Shown: piece after piece, positions 42,217-52,626 of the stretch | Layout of the letters: each line of letters starts with the position of its first letter | Numbering within the stretch: position 1 is the first letter of the stretch | DNA from: a virus | Lineage: Duplodnaviria > Heunggongvirae > Uroviricota > Caudoviricetes | DNA length: 64,000 nt | Virus record (IMG/VR): IMGVR_UViG_3300039208_000295 | Direction: 5' to 3' (one strand) | Notes under the pieces: generated by a model | Told to the model about the DNA's origin: nothing | The model's input: only the letters and a program-made list of their open reading frames with translations | The model's database searches: none | Made by a program: the position numbers and the translations under genes

Positions 42217-42961
42217 ATTAGATAAATTCGGAAACCCCAGGTGTCGGGTTTGTGGAGGATATTCTACAGCACAAACATGTCATCCGTGTACGGTAAAAGC
42301 AATACAGTCGGGAGAAATTTTACAAGTGCAAAAAGAATCCATGATGCAAGAATCAGTATCCGACGAAACAACTAGAACATTATTGGCGAGTCTTGCACTT
42401 AAAATGCATAGTTGTACCGACTGTCAACTTTGCGAAAACAGGACAAAGGTGGTTTTTGGAGTAGGAGCTGTCGCACCAAAACCATCTGTCCTGATTGTCG
42501 GAGAAGCCCCCGGAGAAGATGAAGATAAAGTCGGTATTCCGTTTGTTGGTGCCGCTGGTCAAAAGCTACAAAAAATGCTAGACTTTGCAGGTATCTCTCG
42601 TGAAACAAACGCATATATCACTAACGCTGTTTTATGTAGACCGCCTGGTAATCGTAACCCCACTCACGCAGAGCTAGCAGCATGTAGACATCGACTTCTA
42701 TTTCAAATCGAGTTACTAGAACCTAAACTAATTATTGTTTTAGGACGTGTCGCTACCGAACAACTTAAGGGCCACGCCGTGAGAGGTGCCCTTAAGCAAT
42801 TCTTTAAGGATGAATTTTATGAATTCAGAGCTGCTGCTCATACATGCAAATTGATCGTCACATATCATCCGTCTTATCATCTCAGGTCGCCTAAACAGGC
42901 ATATAAAGAAACACTTCCCCACTGGACTAAAATTAAAGAATGGGTTGCTAGTAATGGATAA
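42182..42961 (+). CDS. Uracil-DNA glycosylase, family 4, with an N-terminal Cys4 zinc ribbon
   Basis: GEAPGEDEDKVGIPFVGAAGQKL matches G-E-A-P-G...G-x-P-F-x-G-x-A-G. Fe-S Cys cluster CTDCQLC. Confidence 0.65.
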   Translation: MSTESLSDITDRLDKFGNPRCRVCGGYSTAQTCHPCTVKAIQSGEILQVQKESMMQESVSDETTRTLLASLALKMHSCTDCQLCENRTKVVFGVGAVAPKPSVLIVGEAPGEDEDKVGIPFVGAAGQKLQKMLDFAGISRETNAYITNAVLCRPPGNRNPTHAELAACRHRLLFQIELLEPKLIIVLGRVATEQLKGHAVRGALKQFFKDEFYEFRAAAHTCKLIVTYHPSYHLRSPKQAYKETLPHWTKIKEWVASNG

Positions 42962-43724
42962 ACTAGAGGCAATGCGATACGCCGGTCGTGTTAATCGTGA
43001 TGCCATTAATTACGGCTTTAGAATGGCTGTGCCAGGCACCACTCTCTTAGAGCTTGATTCTTATATTGAGGGCTATATTAGAGACCACAACTGCTCACCC
43101 GCATTTAAGGGTTATCGTGGCTTTCCTGGAACGGCCTGTTTGTCCATTAATGAGGTCGCAGTACATGGTTTACCCAACGGACAAATTATTAGAGAGGGCG
43201 ACTTGCTGACAATTGATGTTGGGTCTATTCATGAAGACTGGTACGTAGATGCAGCCGAAACCAGAATGGTTGGGGCTCCTGCTAAAGACGCGTTTGACGA
43301 AAATCACTTACTAAAGGTAGGAAGAGCTGCCCTAGATGCCCAAATCCAGACCGTCAGGTCCGGCGTTAGTTTACTAGATTTGGTACGAGCATCCGAAAAC
43401 GCTGTGGTAAACACTGGGGTTAATATTATTCATCTTCTAACTGGTCACCAAATTGGTAGTACAGTTCATGAAGACCCTAAGATTCCAGCAGCTATCGATC
43501 CAAATCTACGCAGTATTCAAAAACAACTATGCGAACGACAATTGGATAAAATTAAACTATATGAAGGACAAACTATTTGTCTAGAACCTGTTGTCACTTT
43601 GGGAATGCCAGACATCATATTAGACGACGACCAATGGACCTGTCGCACTATCGACGGGGCTCTGTCGGCTCATTTTGAAAACTGTATGATCGTTACGAAT
43701 ACTGGATGCGAGATCTTATCATGA
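42945..43724 (+). CDS. map: Methionine aminopeptidase type I
   Basis: FKGYRGFPGTACLSINEVAVHG...GDLLTIDVG pita-bread motifs. Confidence 0.75.
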   Translation: MLVMDKLEAMRYAGRVNRDAINYGFRMAVPGTTLLELDSYIEGYIRDHNCSPAFKGYRGFPGTACLSINEVAVHGLPNGQIIREGDLLTIDVGSIHEDWYVDAAETRMVGAPAKDAFDENHLLKVGRAALDAQIQTVRSGVSLLDLVRASENAVVNTGVNIIHLLTGHQIGSTVHEDPKIPAAIDPNLRSIQKQLCERQLDKIKLYEGQTICLEPVVTLGMPDIILDDDQWTCRTIDGALSAHFENCMIVTNTGCEILS

Positions 43725-44311
43725 ACAATTTAATTATCACACCGATGGACGCTCAACGATTCCCTCTGCTAGAAATGGAATCACAGCCTTGTGGTTTACC
43801 TCTCTCTGATGAGGACGCCGAGGTCGTCGGTTACATGGATGCAGCACTAACGGATTTGGGAGCAGGGGCAGTGGGCCTAGCCGCCATCCAGATTGGTTAT
43901 CCAAAACGCATCTTCATGCTTCGTGTTGGAGACGAGAATCGTGTCTTTATTAATCCACGAATCATTTCACAAGGCGGTGGTCTCCAGAAACGTGGAGAAG
44001 CCTGTCTGTCACTACCAAATTTTGGCGTACGGATTCCTCGACACAAGCAAGTTGAAATCGAATACTTCAATATTGCTGGAGATTCCTGCACTGAAAAGTT
44101 TACTGGTCTATTGGCTCAGGCCGTATTCCATGAAATGGATCACCTCAATGGTGTTCTGTTAAGTCACCACTTGGAGAGTATTGCTACCAAACAAGCACCA
44201 CGCACCAAGTGGGGTATGAAGCTCACCCCTCATCGTTTAAATGTCATCGCCAATCGGCGAAAGAAAAATAAGGCGGCTAAGGCTGCGAGAAAGAGGCAGA
44301 GACAAACATGA
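43706..44311 (+). CDS. def: Peptide deformylase
   Basis: Motif I GLAAIQIG, motif II EACLS, motif III HEMDHLNG. Confidence 0.85.
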   Translation: MRDLIMNNLIITPMDAQRFPLLEMESQPCGLPLSDEDAEVVGYMDAALTDLGAGAVGLAAIQIGYPKRIFMLRVGDENRVFINPRIISQGGGLQKRGEACLSLPNFGVRIPRHKQVEIEYFNIAGDSCTEKFTGLLAQAVFHEMDHLNGVLLSHHLESIATKQAPRTKWGMKLTPHRLNVIANRRKKNKAAKAARKRQRQT

Positions 44312-44988
44312 AGGGAACAAGCGTGAAACAGTCGTTCGTGAATATTCGACCAAGAAAAGGCCAAGAAGACTATCACGACTCACTAGATAATAACACGCTT
44401 ACTATTTGCACTGGAATCGCTGGTACCGGCAAAACATTTTTAGCACTTAAAAAAGCCCTCAAAGAACTATACAACAAGACAAGTAAGATCGATCGTGTTG
44501 TAGTTATCAGACCCTATATTCAATCCAACACAGGAGAGAAATTAGGGGCTCTTCCAGGCGACCTAAGAGAAAAGGTCAGCCCCTATGTAGAGAGTATTAA
44601 AGATAATTTACGCGAGATGATTAAAAATGAGGGAGAAATAGCAAGGCTGATAAATGAAAAGTTTGAGTTCACAGTCTTGAGCATGTGTCGAGGGCGATCT
44701 TTTAATAACGCATTTGTCATTGTTGAAGAAGCTCAGAACGTACCTCTCGATGGGGCGGCCATGAAGATGATCTTAACTCGTATTGGCCGTAACTGCAAAA
44801 TGGTCATTGCTGGTGACTTAGATCAGTGTGATATTCCGACCGAAAACAGTGCTCTGGCAGAAGCTATTAATTTGCTTGACGGTATGTCAAATGTTGGCAT
44901 TATAGAAATGAATGATGTCGCGACCGTTCAACGGAGTCCCCTGGTACGGGATATCTTGGTGAGATACGACCAGGGATTAGAGTATTAA
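44308..44988 (+). CDS. phoH: PhoH-like ATPase
   Basis: Walker A GIAGTGKTFLAL. Walker B FVIVEEAQN. Confidence 0.8.
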   Translation: MKGTSVKQSFVNIRPRKGQEDYHDSLDNNTLTICTGIAGTGKTFLALKKALKELYNKTSKIDRVVVIRPYIQSNTGEKLGALPGDLREKVSPYVESIKDNLREMIKNEGEIARLINEKFEFTVLSMCRGRSFNNAFVIVEEAQNVPLDGAAMKMILTRIGRNCKMVIAGDLDQCDIPTENSALAEAINLLDGMSNVGIIEMNDVATVQRSPLVRDILVRYDQGLEY

Positions 44989-44993
44989 TAAGC

Positions 44994-45620
44994 ATGGCAC
45001 AAAGAACTATTCAAGAATGTGATCTCTGCAAGGGCGAATATGATCCTCATGGAGATAGTTATAATTTAACTTTCAAGAAGGCTGGCAAAAAGGGCACTGG
45101 GCACAAATATGATCTATGTCCTGTCTGTGCTGAGAAAATTCAACAGCAATTAGTGGCTCAATCTAGTGAGAAACTAGATGTTCAATGGGGATTTAAAAAT
45201 GTCCCTCCGCATGACCTTGATGAACCAATTGCCATTCACAACACTAACGAACCGTCTGCGGCCGAACGTAGAGCCGCCATGCAAGAAGAATCTGAGCGTG
45301 TAACGGATCCAGACGATGCGTTTATCGCTCAAAAACAACGCGAACGAGCTGCCCAAGAAGCAAAGTCTAAAGAAAGCGGCACAGAAGCTCAGCCTATTAC
45401 TGAAGAAACAAATCACCTAGAAATGAACCGTAGCAAATCTGGGTGTCGTCACCTTAATAAGGGACGTGCAACTCTGATGACTGTTGGTGACAAGAAAGGC
45501 TTTTATCAACGTTGTACAGAATGCAAAGAACCGATTCCTGTGCGTTCAGCAGAGGAAAAGGCAAAGTATTTAAATGCTAAACCCGACAAGGGTGTCGTAG
45601 TCGGAAGACGAGGAGATTAA
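44994..45620 (+). CDS. Hypothetical zinc-finger protein
   Basis: CDLCKG...CPVC and CTECK motifs. 208 aa. Confidence 0.45.
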   Translation: MAQRTIQECDLCKGEYDPHGDSYNLTFKKAGKKGTGHKYDLCPVCAEKIQQQLVAQSSEKLDVQWGFKNVPPHDLDEPIAIHNTNEPSAAERRAAMQEESERVTDPDDAFIAQKQRERAAQEAKSKESGTEAQPITEETNHLEMNRSKSGCRHLNKGRATLMTVGDKKGFYQRCTECKEPIPVRSAEEKAKYLNAKPDKGVVVGRRGD

Positions 45621-45624
45621 TCTC

Positions 45625-46095
45625 ATGAAATTTTTAGGTTGGTTACTAGCTGGCGTGCTATCGCTAGGTACCGTCATGATGGGAACGTCGTGCGTTACGC
45701 TAGATGATGGTAACCAGGGGCTTGAATCTGTCGAAGAAATGACAGAGGACGAGTTCATTGAATTAAAAGTGTATGTCCAATTAGGGCTCAGTCAAGCATT
45801 GAAGGCAATTAACGCAGACCCGGCGGATCTGCAAGAAGCAGCGGACCTTGTAAGACAAGTCACCACTACTCCGGTTGACGATGACGTAACTCTGTTTATT
45901 ACGTCTGCTCTACAAGAAGCTGGCTTCCAAAACGAGGAGCTAATGCTTGCATTACTGCTTGTGGAAACTGAATTGCTTGGCGAAGTATTCCTTGATTACG
46001 TAAATGTCGATGGCACTCTAAAGCTATCGGAACGCTCAGAAGAACTACTTCTTCTATTGGCTGACGAGCTTGAGGACGCTGCCCTGGGAGTCTGA
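45625..46095 (+). CDS. Putative lipoprotein
   Basis: Signal peptide followed by a lipobox-like GTSC. Confidence 0.45.
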   Translation: MKFLGWLLAGVLSLGTVMMGTSCVTLDDGNQGLESVEEMTEDEFIELKVYVQLGLSQALKAINADPADLQEAADLVRQVTTTPVDDDVTLFITSALQEAGFQNEELMLALLLVETELLGEVFLDYVNVDGTLKLSERSEELLLLLADELEDAALGV

Positions 46096-46559
46096 TGGTC
46101 AGTATCTATTGTAATACTGACGGATATTACATTAAGGGGGAGGGGATGGAGATCGCTCTGTCCTGCTCCCCCGCTTTTGAAGAAGAAGTCCACCATATTT
46201 ACGCGGTTATTTTTAGAGCATTGCAAGAGCTTCGCGACAAAGAGTTGACCGAAGATATTATTGTGTACAATGACACGCGAGTGATGGACGAGCTGGGCGG
46301 GCAAGTCTTTCCTGAGGACGCCACATCCCGAGAGTTCTATTTTTCTATTCGCAGAAAGCTACTTCCTTCTTTAGACTCTATGGTCTTCTTTAGAAAGCTT
46401 GATGCAAAAAGAATCAGAGCCAAAGTGGGTCATGGCATTAATACCATGGTTAATGATGTAAGCAAAGACATGGTGCGTGAAAAGATAGAAACATCAATTA
46501 AAAACCGCAAAGCTAAAGTAGTACAAAAATTAAAGGATGGATGGTTGAACAATGAGTGA
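46095..46559 (+). CDS. Hypothetical protein
   Basis: 154-aa ORF. Confidence 0.4.
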   Translation: MVSIYCNTDGYYIKGEGMEIALSCSPAFEEEVHHIYAVIFRALQELRDKELTEDIIVYNDTRVMDELGGQVFPEDATSREFYFSIRRKLLPSLDSMVFFRKLDAKRIRAKVGHGINTMVNDVSKDMVREKIETSIKNRKAKVVQKLKDGWLNNE

Positions 46560-46785
46560 TAATGTAGAACATATTTTAGATCGTATCTTGCGTGAAAGAT
46601 TAGACCAATTTAAGGTTCCGGTCGAAGTGCGTAATGAGATTGCACAGGAGTTCCTGTCAATCATGGGCCGCCCAGAACGTACTAAATACGGTGCAGCGAT
46701 TATGACTCCTGAGGCCAGCTTAGCAGCAGACAAGCAACGCGAGCGTGGAGCCAGAGGAGATGACGCAAAGCCGAAAATTATCTGA
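46552..46785 (+). CDS. Hypothetical protein
   Basis: 77-aa ORF. Confidence 0.4.
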   Translation: MSDNVEHILDRILRERLDQFKVPVEVRNEIAQEFLSIMGRPERTKYGAAIMTPEASLAADKQRERGARGDDAKPKII

Positions 46786-46990
46786 TGCGAGCTTACGGCG
46801 AAATCAAGATTCGGCATATTGTTCCGAAGCACCAGAAATGTGCAATTTGTTTCCCTGGTACAGATAAGAAGACAGGAAGGGCTAGGGAAAGAAGAAAGAA
46901 TAAGGTAAGCACAGGACGCCTAATCAACGTCCGAAAGGCTCCGTGACGGGAGGGTAAAATCGTCTGGTGGAGGGCCTGCCCCGCATGCCC

Positions 46991-47036
46991 CTAAAAAATA
47001 AGGCCCGGAGGTTACAAACCTCCGGGCCTTTTATAT
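46991..47036. terminator. Bidirectional rho-independent terminator at the convergence point of the plus- and minus-strand blocks
   Basis: ctaaaaaataa, then ggcccggaggt-tacaa-acctccgggcc, then ttttat. An 11-bp GC-rich stem flanked by an A-run upstream and a T-run downstream. Confidence 0.7.
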
Positions 47037-47051
47037 TTCAAGATAAGTTAA

Positions 47052-48596
47052 TCAAACAACTTCATTGTTGATGATATGAACGCTGTCATTAGCTTTACCA
47101 ACCGTGTTTTGTTTAACACGTAAGTCAGGTTCCACCAACAGTGATTCATCAAAACCTAATTCCAGTGCGTTGTTTCTCACCTGTGTAGTATTATTACCTT
47201 CCCAGATAATCTCACCAACGCCAGCATCTTTCGGCTTATCAAGATCGTCATCCCAGCTCGATAGTAAATCGATTGGCTTGGAGCCATATACACCATTACC
47301 ACGACACTCTGCCTTGAGGATACTGTCAAGTTTCAGGATCGGACGGTTACCGTCCAACTGAATAAATAAGTTGTCCGTCAGAACAAGATTACCGTTGGCA
47401 TATTTGCCGGCTTCGGCAATAGGGCCAGCTCCGTCGAGCGGCTCACCTGTCATTGAGTAGTAAGATCCGCCGTCCCAAGAAACAAGAGCACCATAAACGT
47501 CATCAGAATGATCTGTGTCATAGAAAACGTTATTTACAATTTCCCAATCGTGGGTCGAGCCCGCGATGGTAATGGCATAAGATGCCCGTGAGTCGTCCTT
47601 GTGATAACCCGTGCAGTAATTACCAATAAGCTTGGTAGTACCGTTTGGATATCCCATGAACGGCCCTTCGGTAACACGACCGACTTCTTGCCAAACCTGT
47701 CCACCACACGCCTTAACCGTGCAATTAATCATGCATGAATCCTTGTACGGATTACGCAGATAAACAGCATGCTCTTGCGAATGTGGTAGATCCCATAAGC
47801 ATTCCTCGAATGAAAGGGCAACTTGGTTAGCAGAAATAGGGCGTGTAGTTGTTACAGAAGCAAGCGGATGATCAAAGAATCGACAACGCTTGAATCTAAT
47901 ATCTTTCATTGGTAATATGTCATCAGATCCATATTGACCAATAGATGCAAGATTTGCACCACTAGCTTCAAAGTCGAGATCTAAGAAGTGAACTCGGCCA
48001 CCCCATAGGCCACCGCCATCCAAGGTTGCCCTTAGTTCAAGAGTCGCTCCCCATCCATCATTATCGTGTACAGGAATAATTCTACTACCGTCGGGGTGTC
48101 CAACATAAACTACAGTTGCTTCGCCCCACCAAGGGTCGATTTCGTCTAACGGAGTCCATCCAGAACCACCAATACGTACGGCTTTATATTCTCCTTCTGG
48201 GAGAAAGATAGGAATTAGATCACCTTCTTTCGGGGCTGGCCAATCTTTTTTGACTTGTTCAGTAAGGTAAACGAATGGGTTTTGTCCAGCCGGAACAAAG
48301 ATGTCTCCGCCGGGGTGAATAGGATCACCTGAAACTCCACCATCGATCAGATTCTGAATATCACACGCAACCTCTCCAAGAGCCTCAACAGACTTCTTGT
48401 GGGCTAAAGCACTACGCGAAATACCACGTACCAGCTTAACCGGGTCTAGCTCTTCAGCTAGAGGTTTACCGGTTAGAGCTTCAATTTGATGTTTGTAAGC
48501 TAGAGCTAATTGTACAAGAGCCATGCCACCTTGTTTCCAAGGTTCCATAGATCTAAATACAAATTGGACTAGCTGATCAATTTCGGGACAATTCAT
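47052..48596 (-). CDS. Tail fiber or tailspike-like structural protein
   Basis: 514 aa, Gly/Asn/Asp-rich. Last gene of the minus-strand structural block. Confidence 0.45.
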   Translation of the reverse strand: MNCPEIDQLVQFVFRSMEPWKQGGMALVQLALAYKHQIEALTGKPLAEELDPVKLVRGISRSALAHKKSVEALGEVACDIQNLIDGGVSGDPIHPGGDIFVPAGQNPFVYLTEQVKKDWPAPKEGDLIPIFLPEGEYKAVRIGGSGWTPLDEIDPWWGEATVVYVGHPDGSRIIPVHDNDGWGATLELRATLDGGGLWGGRVHFLDLDFEASGANLASIGQYGSDDILPMKDIRFKRCRFFDHPLASVTTTRPISANQVALSFEECLWDLPHSQEHAVYLRNPYKDSCMINCTVKACGGQVWQEVGRVTEGPFMGYPNGTTKLIGNYCTGYHKDDSRASYAITIAGSTHDWEIVNNVFYDTDHSDDVYGALVSWDGGSYYSMTGEPLDGAGPIAEAGKYANGNLVLTDNLFIQLDGNRPILKLDSILKAECRGNGVYGSKPIDLLSSWDDDLDKPKDAGVGEIIWEGNNTTQVRNNALELGFDESLLVEPDLRVKQNTVGKANDSVHIINNEVV

Positions 48597-48853
48597 TAGC
48601 TAATCTCCTCTAATAGAGCCTCCAACTGCTGTGTTAGCAGAGCAAGCTCAGCTACTTTTGTGACATGTGAAATCGTAGAGTTCCACATGGCCTGACTAGC
48701 AGGCTCGGGATCGGGCACGTTAGCAAGACCCAGCTCATCGGCCTCATTTTTCAGTTCTTCTGCCTTTACGTCTAATTCCGTAAGGGCGTCTGTCCATTGA
48801 ACCGATGAACTAATAATGGCCTTAATAATAGCCTCTAGTAGATCATCATTCAT
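48596..48853 (-). CDS. Hypothetical small protein
   Basis: 85 aa. The ORF's first base coincides with the last base of the downstream gene. Confidence 0.35.
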   Translation of the reverse strand: MNDDLLEAIIKAIISSSVQWTDALTELDVKAEELKNEADELGLANVPDPEPASQAMWNSTISHVTKVAELALLTQQLEALLEEIS

Positions 48854-49159
48854 TTAAGATTTCCTTTCGAGTCGCTCAATAGCTTCCTTAATACTAGTGA
48901 TACAACCCGTCAACGAACCAATAACACTAGTGTTCTTTTGTACTAATTCCGTGTATTCGTGAACCAAATCCTTGTACGCCTCAACTTGCTTGTCGGCGTT
49001 CTCGTCGTTCCTTTCTTCTAACTCCCGCATACGCTTTTGTTGTTTGTGATATAGCCAATAAATAGCGACAGCAAGTCCGCCGCTGACACCATACTTATCG
49101 AGGATCATTTGGATTAGGTCCACCTCGCCCCCGAGTTGCCCTACCTCTTCTTCAATCAT
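48854..49159 (-). CDS. Hypothetical small protein
   Basis: 101 aa. Coiled-coil or TM-like segments. Confidence 0.35.
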   Translation of the reverse strand: MIEEEVGQLGGEVDLIQMILDKYGVSGGLAVAIYWLYHKQQKRMRELEERNDENADKQVEAYKDLVHEYTELVQKNTSVIGSLTGCITSIKEAIERLERKS

Positions 49160-52100
49160 TGTAATTGCCCCCTTGGTGGTCCAAGATATTCCAAATATAA
49201 AGTACTTTCTGTACTCGCTGCAACCACAGTAGCCCCAGCAGAACCTTTAGATGCCTCTAATGTTACCTGATCTCTAGTTTGCAGGTTTACAACAGCGTGG
49301 CATGAGAACCCAATAAAGTTGTTGGCCAGAACAGGCCCAGCCTCTCGACTACCATTGATAATAGTACCATTAACTTCAATCCATGAGTATAACGTGGTTG
49401 TCGTGTTAGATGACAAGAATGTATGTCCAGTTACTCTGTACAAGCCAGGCACAAATACTCGCGGGCCACCACCAGTAGCGTCAAATTCAGAGAATTTATC
49501 ATCTTCAAAGCGTTGAGAGTCCATATCAACGGTTGTCGATGCTGGGAAGGTACCAGTAATAACTGTAGCACTATCATCGCGATATTTTTGAATACCAGAA
49601 CATGTTGTTAACGCAACAATACCAGATCCTGTATCTAAACTAAATGTAGACGGACCAAGAGATCTTGCTTGAACAGTAGCTAATGTCGTTTGTCCCTGAG
49701 GATCATACACATGCGTGTGACCCAAGAAAGCCAAGTCTCCTGTTGCCAAATTTGTATCAGGCGGTTCTACAACACCTTGAATATTGATAACTGATTCAGT
49801 GGTCTGCGGAACAAAGCTTGTCTTGTCCGCAGTGATAGTAATTTCATCTGCTGCGAGCAGACTAATATCATCACCAGCATCTAAGTTAATGTCACCATCT
49901 GTATTAGTAAAGTTAAGAGTGCCACTAGTTAAAATAGTTGCAGTCTGCGGGCCACTCGCCAGGTATCCCATAAATACTGTATGGGCCGCAGCGTTCGGAT
50001 TATCAACGCCTAGAATACCAGAACTCTTAATTGCTAATCCCATAGAAGTCAGCTTGGCGAAGCCGAATGTAGATGGATTATTTTGATCACCAGCGTGGAA
50101 ACCACTTACGGCCACACCGTATCGATTCACTAATTCTGGTAAGCTTGTTCCTTCAGATAACAGCCCGATAGGTTCTTTAACTAAAATACCCTGATAGTCA
50201 CCATCATTGTACGGTGGAGCGATTTCGTTACCGCCGTCATAAGCGTCTTGTAGATCATTAACACTACCGCCGCCAGAGTTTTCCAGAATCATCTGGATAA
50301 TTTGTCCCGAAGGAACAAGTGGATTAAATCCATCGCCAAATGGACCACTCGTAGACGAATGACTCGTCTTCATATACCATGATTGATGTGGCCCAAAACG
50401 ATACTCTAAGACACCACTCGCGTCAAAAGCCTCTAAAAGAATTTGTCCACCAAGATCGCTAGATCCAAGCGTACCAGCTCTCAGATCAACATCTCCTGTA
50501 GCCGATCCAAAAGTAACATCATCAGTTGCACTAAACGAAATACTGCCACCAGCAGCGGCAGTCCAAGAATTCGAGCACGAAAAGTCAATCGATCCTAGAG
50601 AACCAGCACTTCCAATCGCCTGGAAGAACAAACCACCACTACTAGAAATTCGTGGTAAGGACGGTGAACCGGTTTGGAAACCAACAAATAGACTGGTTGC
50701 TGGCGTGAAAGCAGTACCCGAGCTTTTAACAGTTAAGCCATTTTGACTTAACTTCGCAAATTCATAAGTTGCTGGATTGTCTGGTGTGGGATTGTAGCCA
50801 CTAACCGCAAAACCATAACTATTAATTTCAGTACCCAAGATTGGTGTTACGGCATCACTTTGTACACCAGGATCTGTGCGTACCAAAACACCCTCAGCAT
50901 TAATGCCGCCATTACCATTGATTGTAGCGGCATTACCGCCGTCGTACGCAGCTTGAATAGTATGGCTACCGCCTCCACCCGCAACGGCGGTAGCGATCAT
51001 CTGGGCTACGTGACCAGAGTGAGCAATAGGAACAAGGTTAGTGTCTCCAAACCCATTAGTAGTATGCCACGACTCAAATGGGCCGAAACGATAAGTGAAT
51101 TGACCACTACCACTCCAGCTATTTAAGCGAACTTGGTTGAAAGTTGAGTTAATAGTTGCATTAGCGTTGACTGCGGTCATCACCGCAGATTGCACACCAC
51201 CAAGAGCAAGGTCATCTCCGGCTAAGATATCAATATCAGCCTCTGCATCCATTGTAATGTTTGCAGTAGCAGCAGTTCCAGTAACGTCAATATCAAGACC
51301 GTTCTTGAGACGCATTAATAGTCCCTGTGTAGTACCACTCGCAGTAATCACGGGGAATAAATCTGGTTCAAAAATATCGCGGATATTAGTGACACCTTCT
51401 AAGAAACCGATATGAATTTCAGCCGGACCCTGAGCTGTTCCAAGACCAGCGGGAGCACCAGATCCTCTTACGTAAAGACCATTAGATGCTAAAGCGGCCA
51501 AACCAGCAGTCTCTGGATCTGTTGGTGTTAAGCTAAAGCCGCTAACGGCAATACCAAAATTCTTTACACCAACATTCTCGCTCTCAGTGAATCTATCACG
51601 AATGACTTTTTCACCAAGGTTTTCTTCAAGAATAGTAATGCCGACCTGTTCATTAAGAGACGAGTTCTTAACTAAATCAATTTCATTACCGCCATCATAC
51701 GACGCTTGTAACGAATCGCTTCCTGCACCTGGAGCTTGCTCCAGAATCATTTGGACGATTTGACCAGAGTGCGGAATTGGATGATAACCGTCACCTTGTG
51801 GACCGTCTGTTAATGGTGAATAACTTGGACGCCAATACCAAGCTTCATGTGGACCAAAACGATATTCTAGCGTACCACTAGAATTGAACGGCTGGAACTT
51901 GATTTGCCCGCCCTCACCTTTACCATTACCAACACCATTGAAAATAATGTTAGAATTAAATCCACCATTATTATTGAAAATCAATGAGTTCTCAGCGTTG
52001 AACAAAAACAGGCCACTGGCAGATGCAAGTGTTCCAAAGTTCAAGCTTTCTAGAATGAAGCTAGGTGGCCTTGTGCCAGTGGCTGTACCAGAGGCTTGCA

Positions 52101-52626
52101 AAGAAAAGAAGCCAGGACCAATGGCAGTATATGCATACGAATTTCTGACATTCGGAGTAAGTGTGAAACCACTTGCCACAATTGCCGCATCTTCAAGTCC
52201 CAAAACGTCAGTATGACCAGGAATCGAACCGCCGCCCGGTGTAACCTGTTTAATAACAACAGGGATTTGTTTCGTTTCAAAACTAGAATCAGCAGAAAAG
52301 ATGCTTGTCTCACTATGCTGGTCGATCTCATTGCCACCATCATACGCTTCGTCTAGATCCGTAACGCCCCCACCGGCTCCTGCTCCAATGGCACTGAATG
52401 TAACGCCTCCATCAACAGACTGCTCAAAACGAGCTAAAGCCTGATTGAATCGAATCACTCCCGATTGACCAAGCATTGGGTCATGCCACACGCCGCTTGT
52501 CAAGTGAATATTTCCATACGGAATTAATTCATCATGACTAAACGAACCAACCTGGGAACCGCCATCGATTCCCAAGTGTGCTCTACCGCTTGCTCTCGGA
52601 ACTAAATCACCTGTCGAGAAGGCCAT
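49156..52626 (-). CDS. Large repetitive tail-fiber protein (1156 aa)
   Basis: About four internal repeats of ~250 aa. Each contains (L/I)Q(A/D)(A/S)YDGGNEI and YRFGP(H/F)E(A/S)WY...SGQ(I/V)(V/I)QMI. The N-terminal domain is shared with paralogs. Confidence 0.6.
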   Translation of the reverse strand: MAFSTGDLVPRASGRAHLGIDGGSQVGSFSHDELIPYGNIHLTSGVWHDPMLGQSGVIRFNQALARFEQSVDGGVTFSAIGAGAGGGVTDLDEAYDGGNEIDQHSETSIFSADSSFETKQIPVVIKQVTPGGGSIPGHTDVLGLEDAAIVASGFTLTPNVRNSYAYTAIGPGFFSLQASGTATGTRPPSFILESLNFGTLASASGLFLFNAENSLIFNNNGGFNSNIIFNGVGNGKGEGGQIKFQPFNSSGTLEYRFGPHEAWYWRPSYSPLTDGPQGDGYHPIPHSGQIVQMILEQAPGAGSDSLQASYDGGNEIDLVKNSSLNEQVGITILEENLGEKVIRDRFTESENVGVKNFGIAVSGFSLTPTDPETAGLAALASNGLYVRGSGAPAGLGTAQGPAEIHIGFLEGVTNIRDIFEPDLFPVITASGTTQGLLMRLKNGLDIDVTGTAATANITMDAEADIDILAGDDLALGGVQSAVMTAVNANATINSTFNQVRLNSWSGSGQFTYRFGPFESWHTTNGFGDTNLVPIAHSGHVAQMIATAVAGGGGSHTIQAAYDGGNAATINGNGGINAEGVLVRTDPGVQSDAVTPILGTEINSYGFAVSGYNPTPDNPATYEFAKLSQNGLTVKSSGTAFTPATSLFVGFQTGSPSLPRISSSGGLFFQAIGSAGSLGSIDFSCSNSWTAAAGGSISFSATDDVTFGSATGDVDLRAGTLGSSDLGGQILLEAFDASGVLEYRFGPHQSWYMKTSHSSTSGPFGDGFNPLVPSGQIIQMILENSGGGSVNDLQDAYDGGNEIAPPYNDGDYQGILVKEPIGLLSEGTSLPELVNRYGVAVSGFHAGDQNNPSTFGFAKLTSMGLAIKSSGILGVDNPNAAAHTVFMGYLASGPQTATILTSGTLNFTNTDGDINLDAGDDISLLAADEITITADKTSFVPQTTESVINIQGVVEPPDTNLATGDLAFLGHTHVYDPQGQTTLATVQARSLGPSTFSLDTGSGIVALTTCSGIQKYRDDSATVITGTFPASTTVDMDSQRFEDDKFSEFDATGGGPRVFVPGLYRVTGHTFLSSNTTTTLYSWIEVNGTIINGSREAGPVLANNFIGFSCHAVVNLQTRDQVTLEASKGSAGATVVAASTESTLYLEYLGPPRGQLQ

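Noticed and set aside
46787-46948. Possible 53-aa basic Cys-containing ORF upstream of the bidirectional terminator
   Set aside because: It is short, has no SD or motif, and lies in an otherwise non-coding terminator region. There is not enough support to call it.
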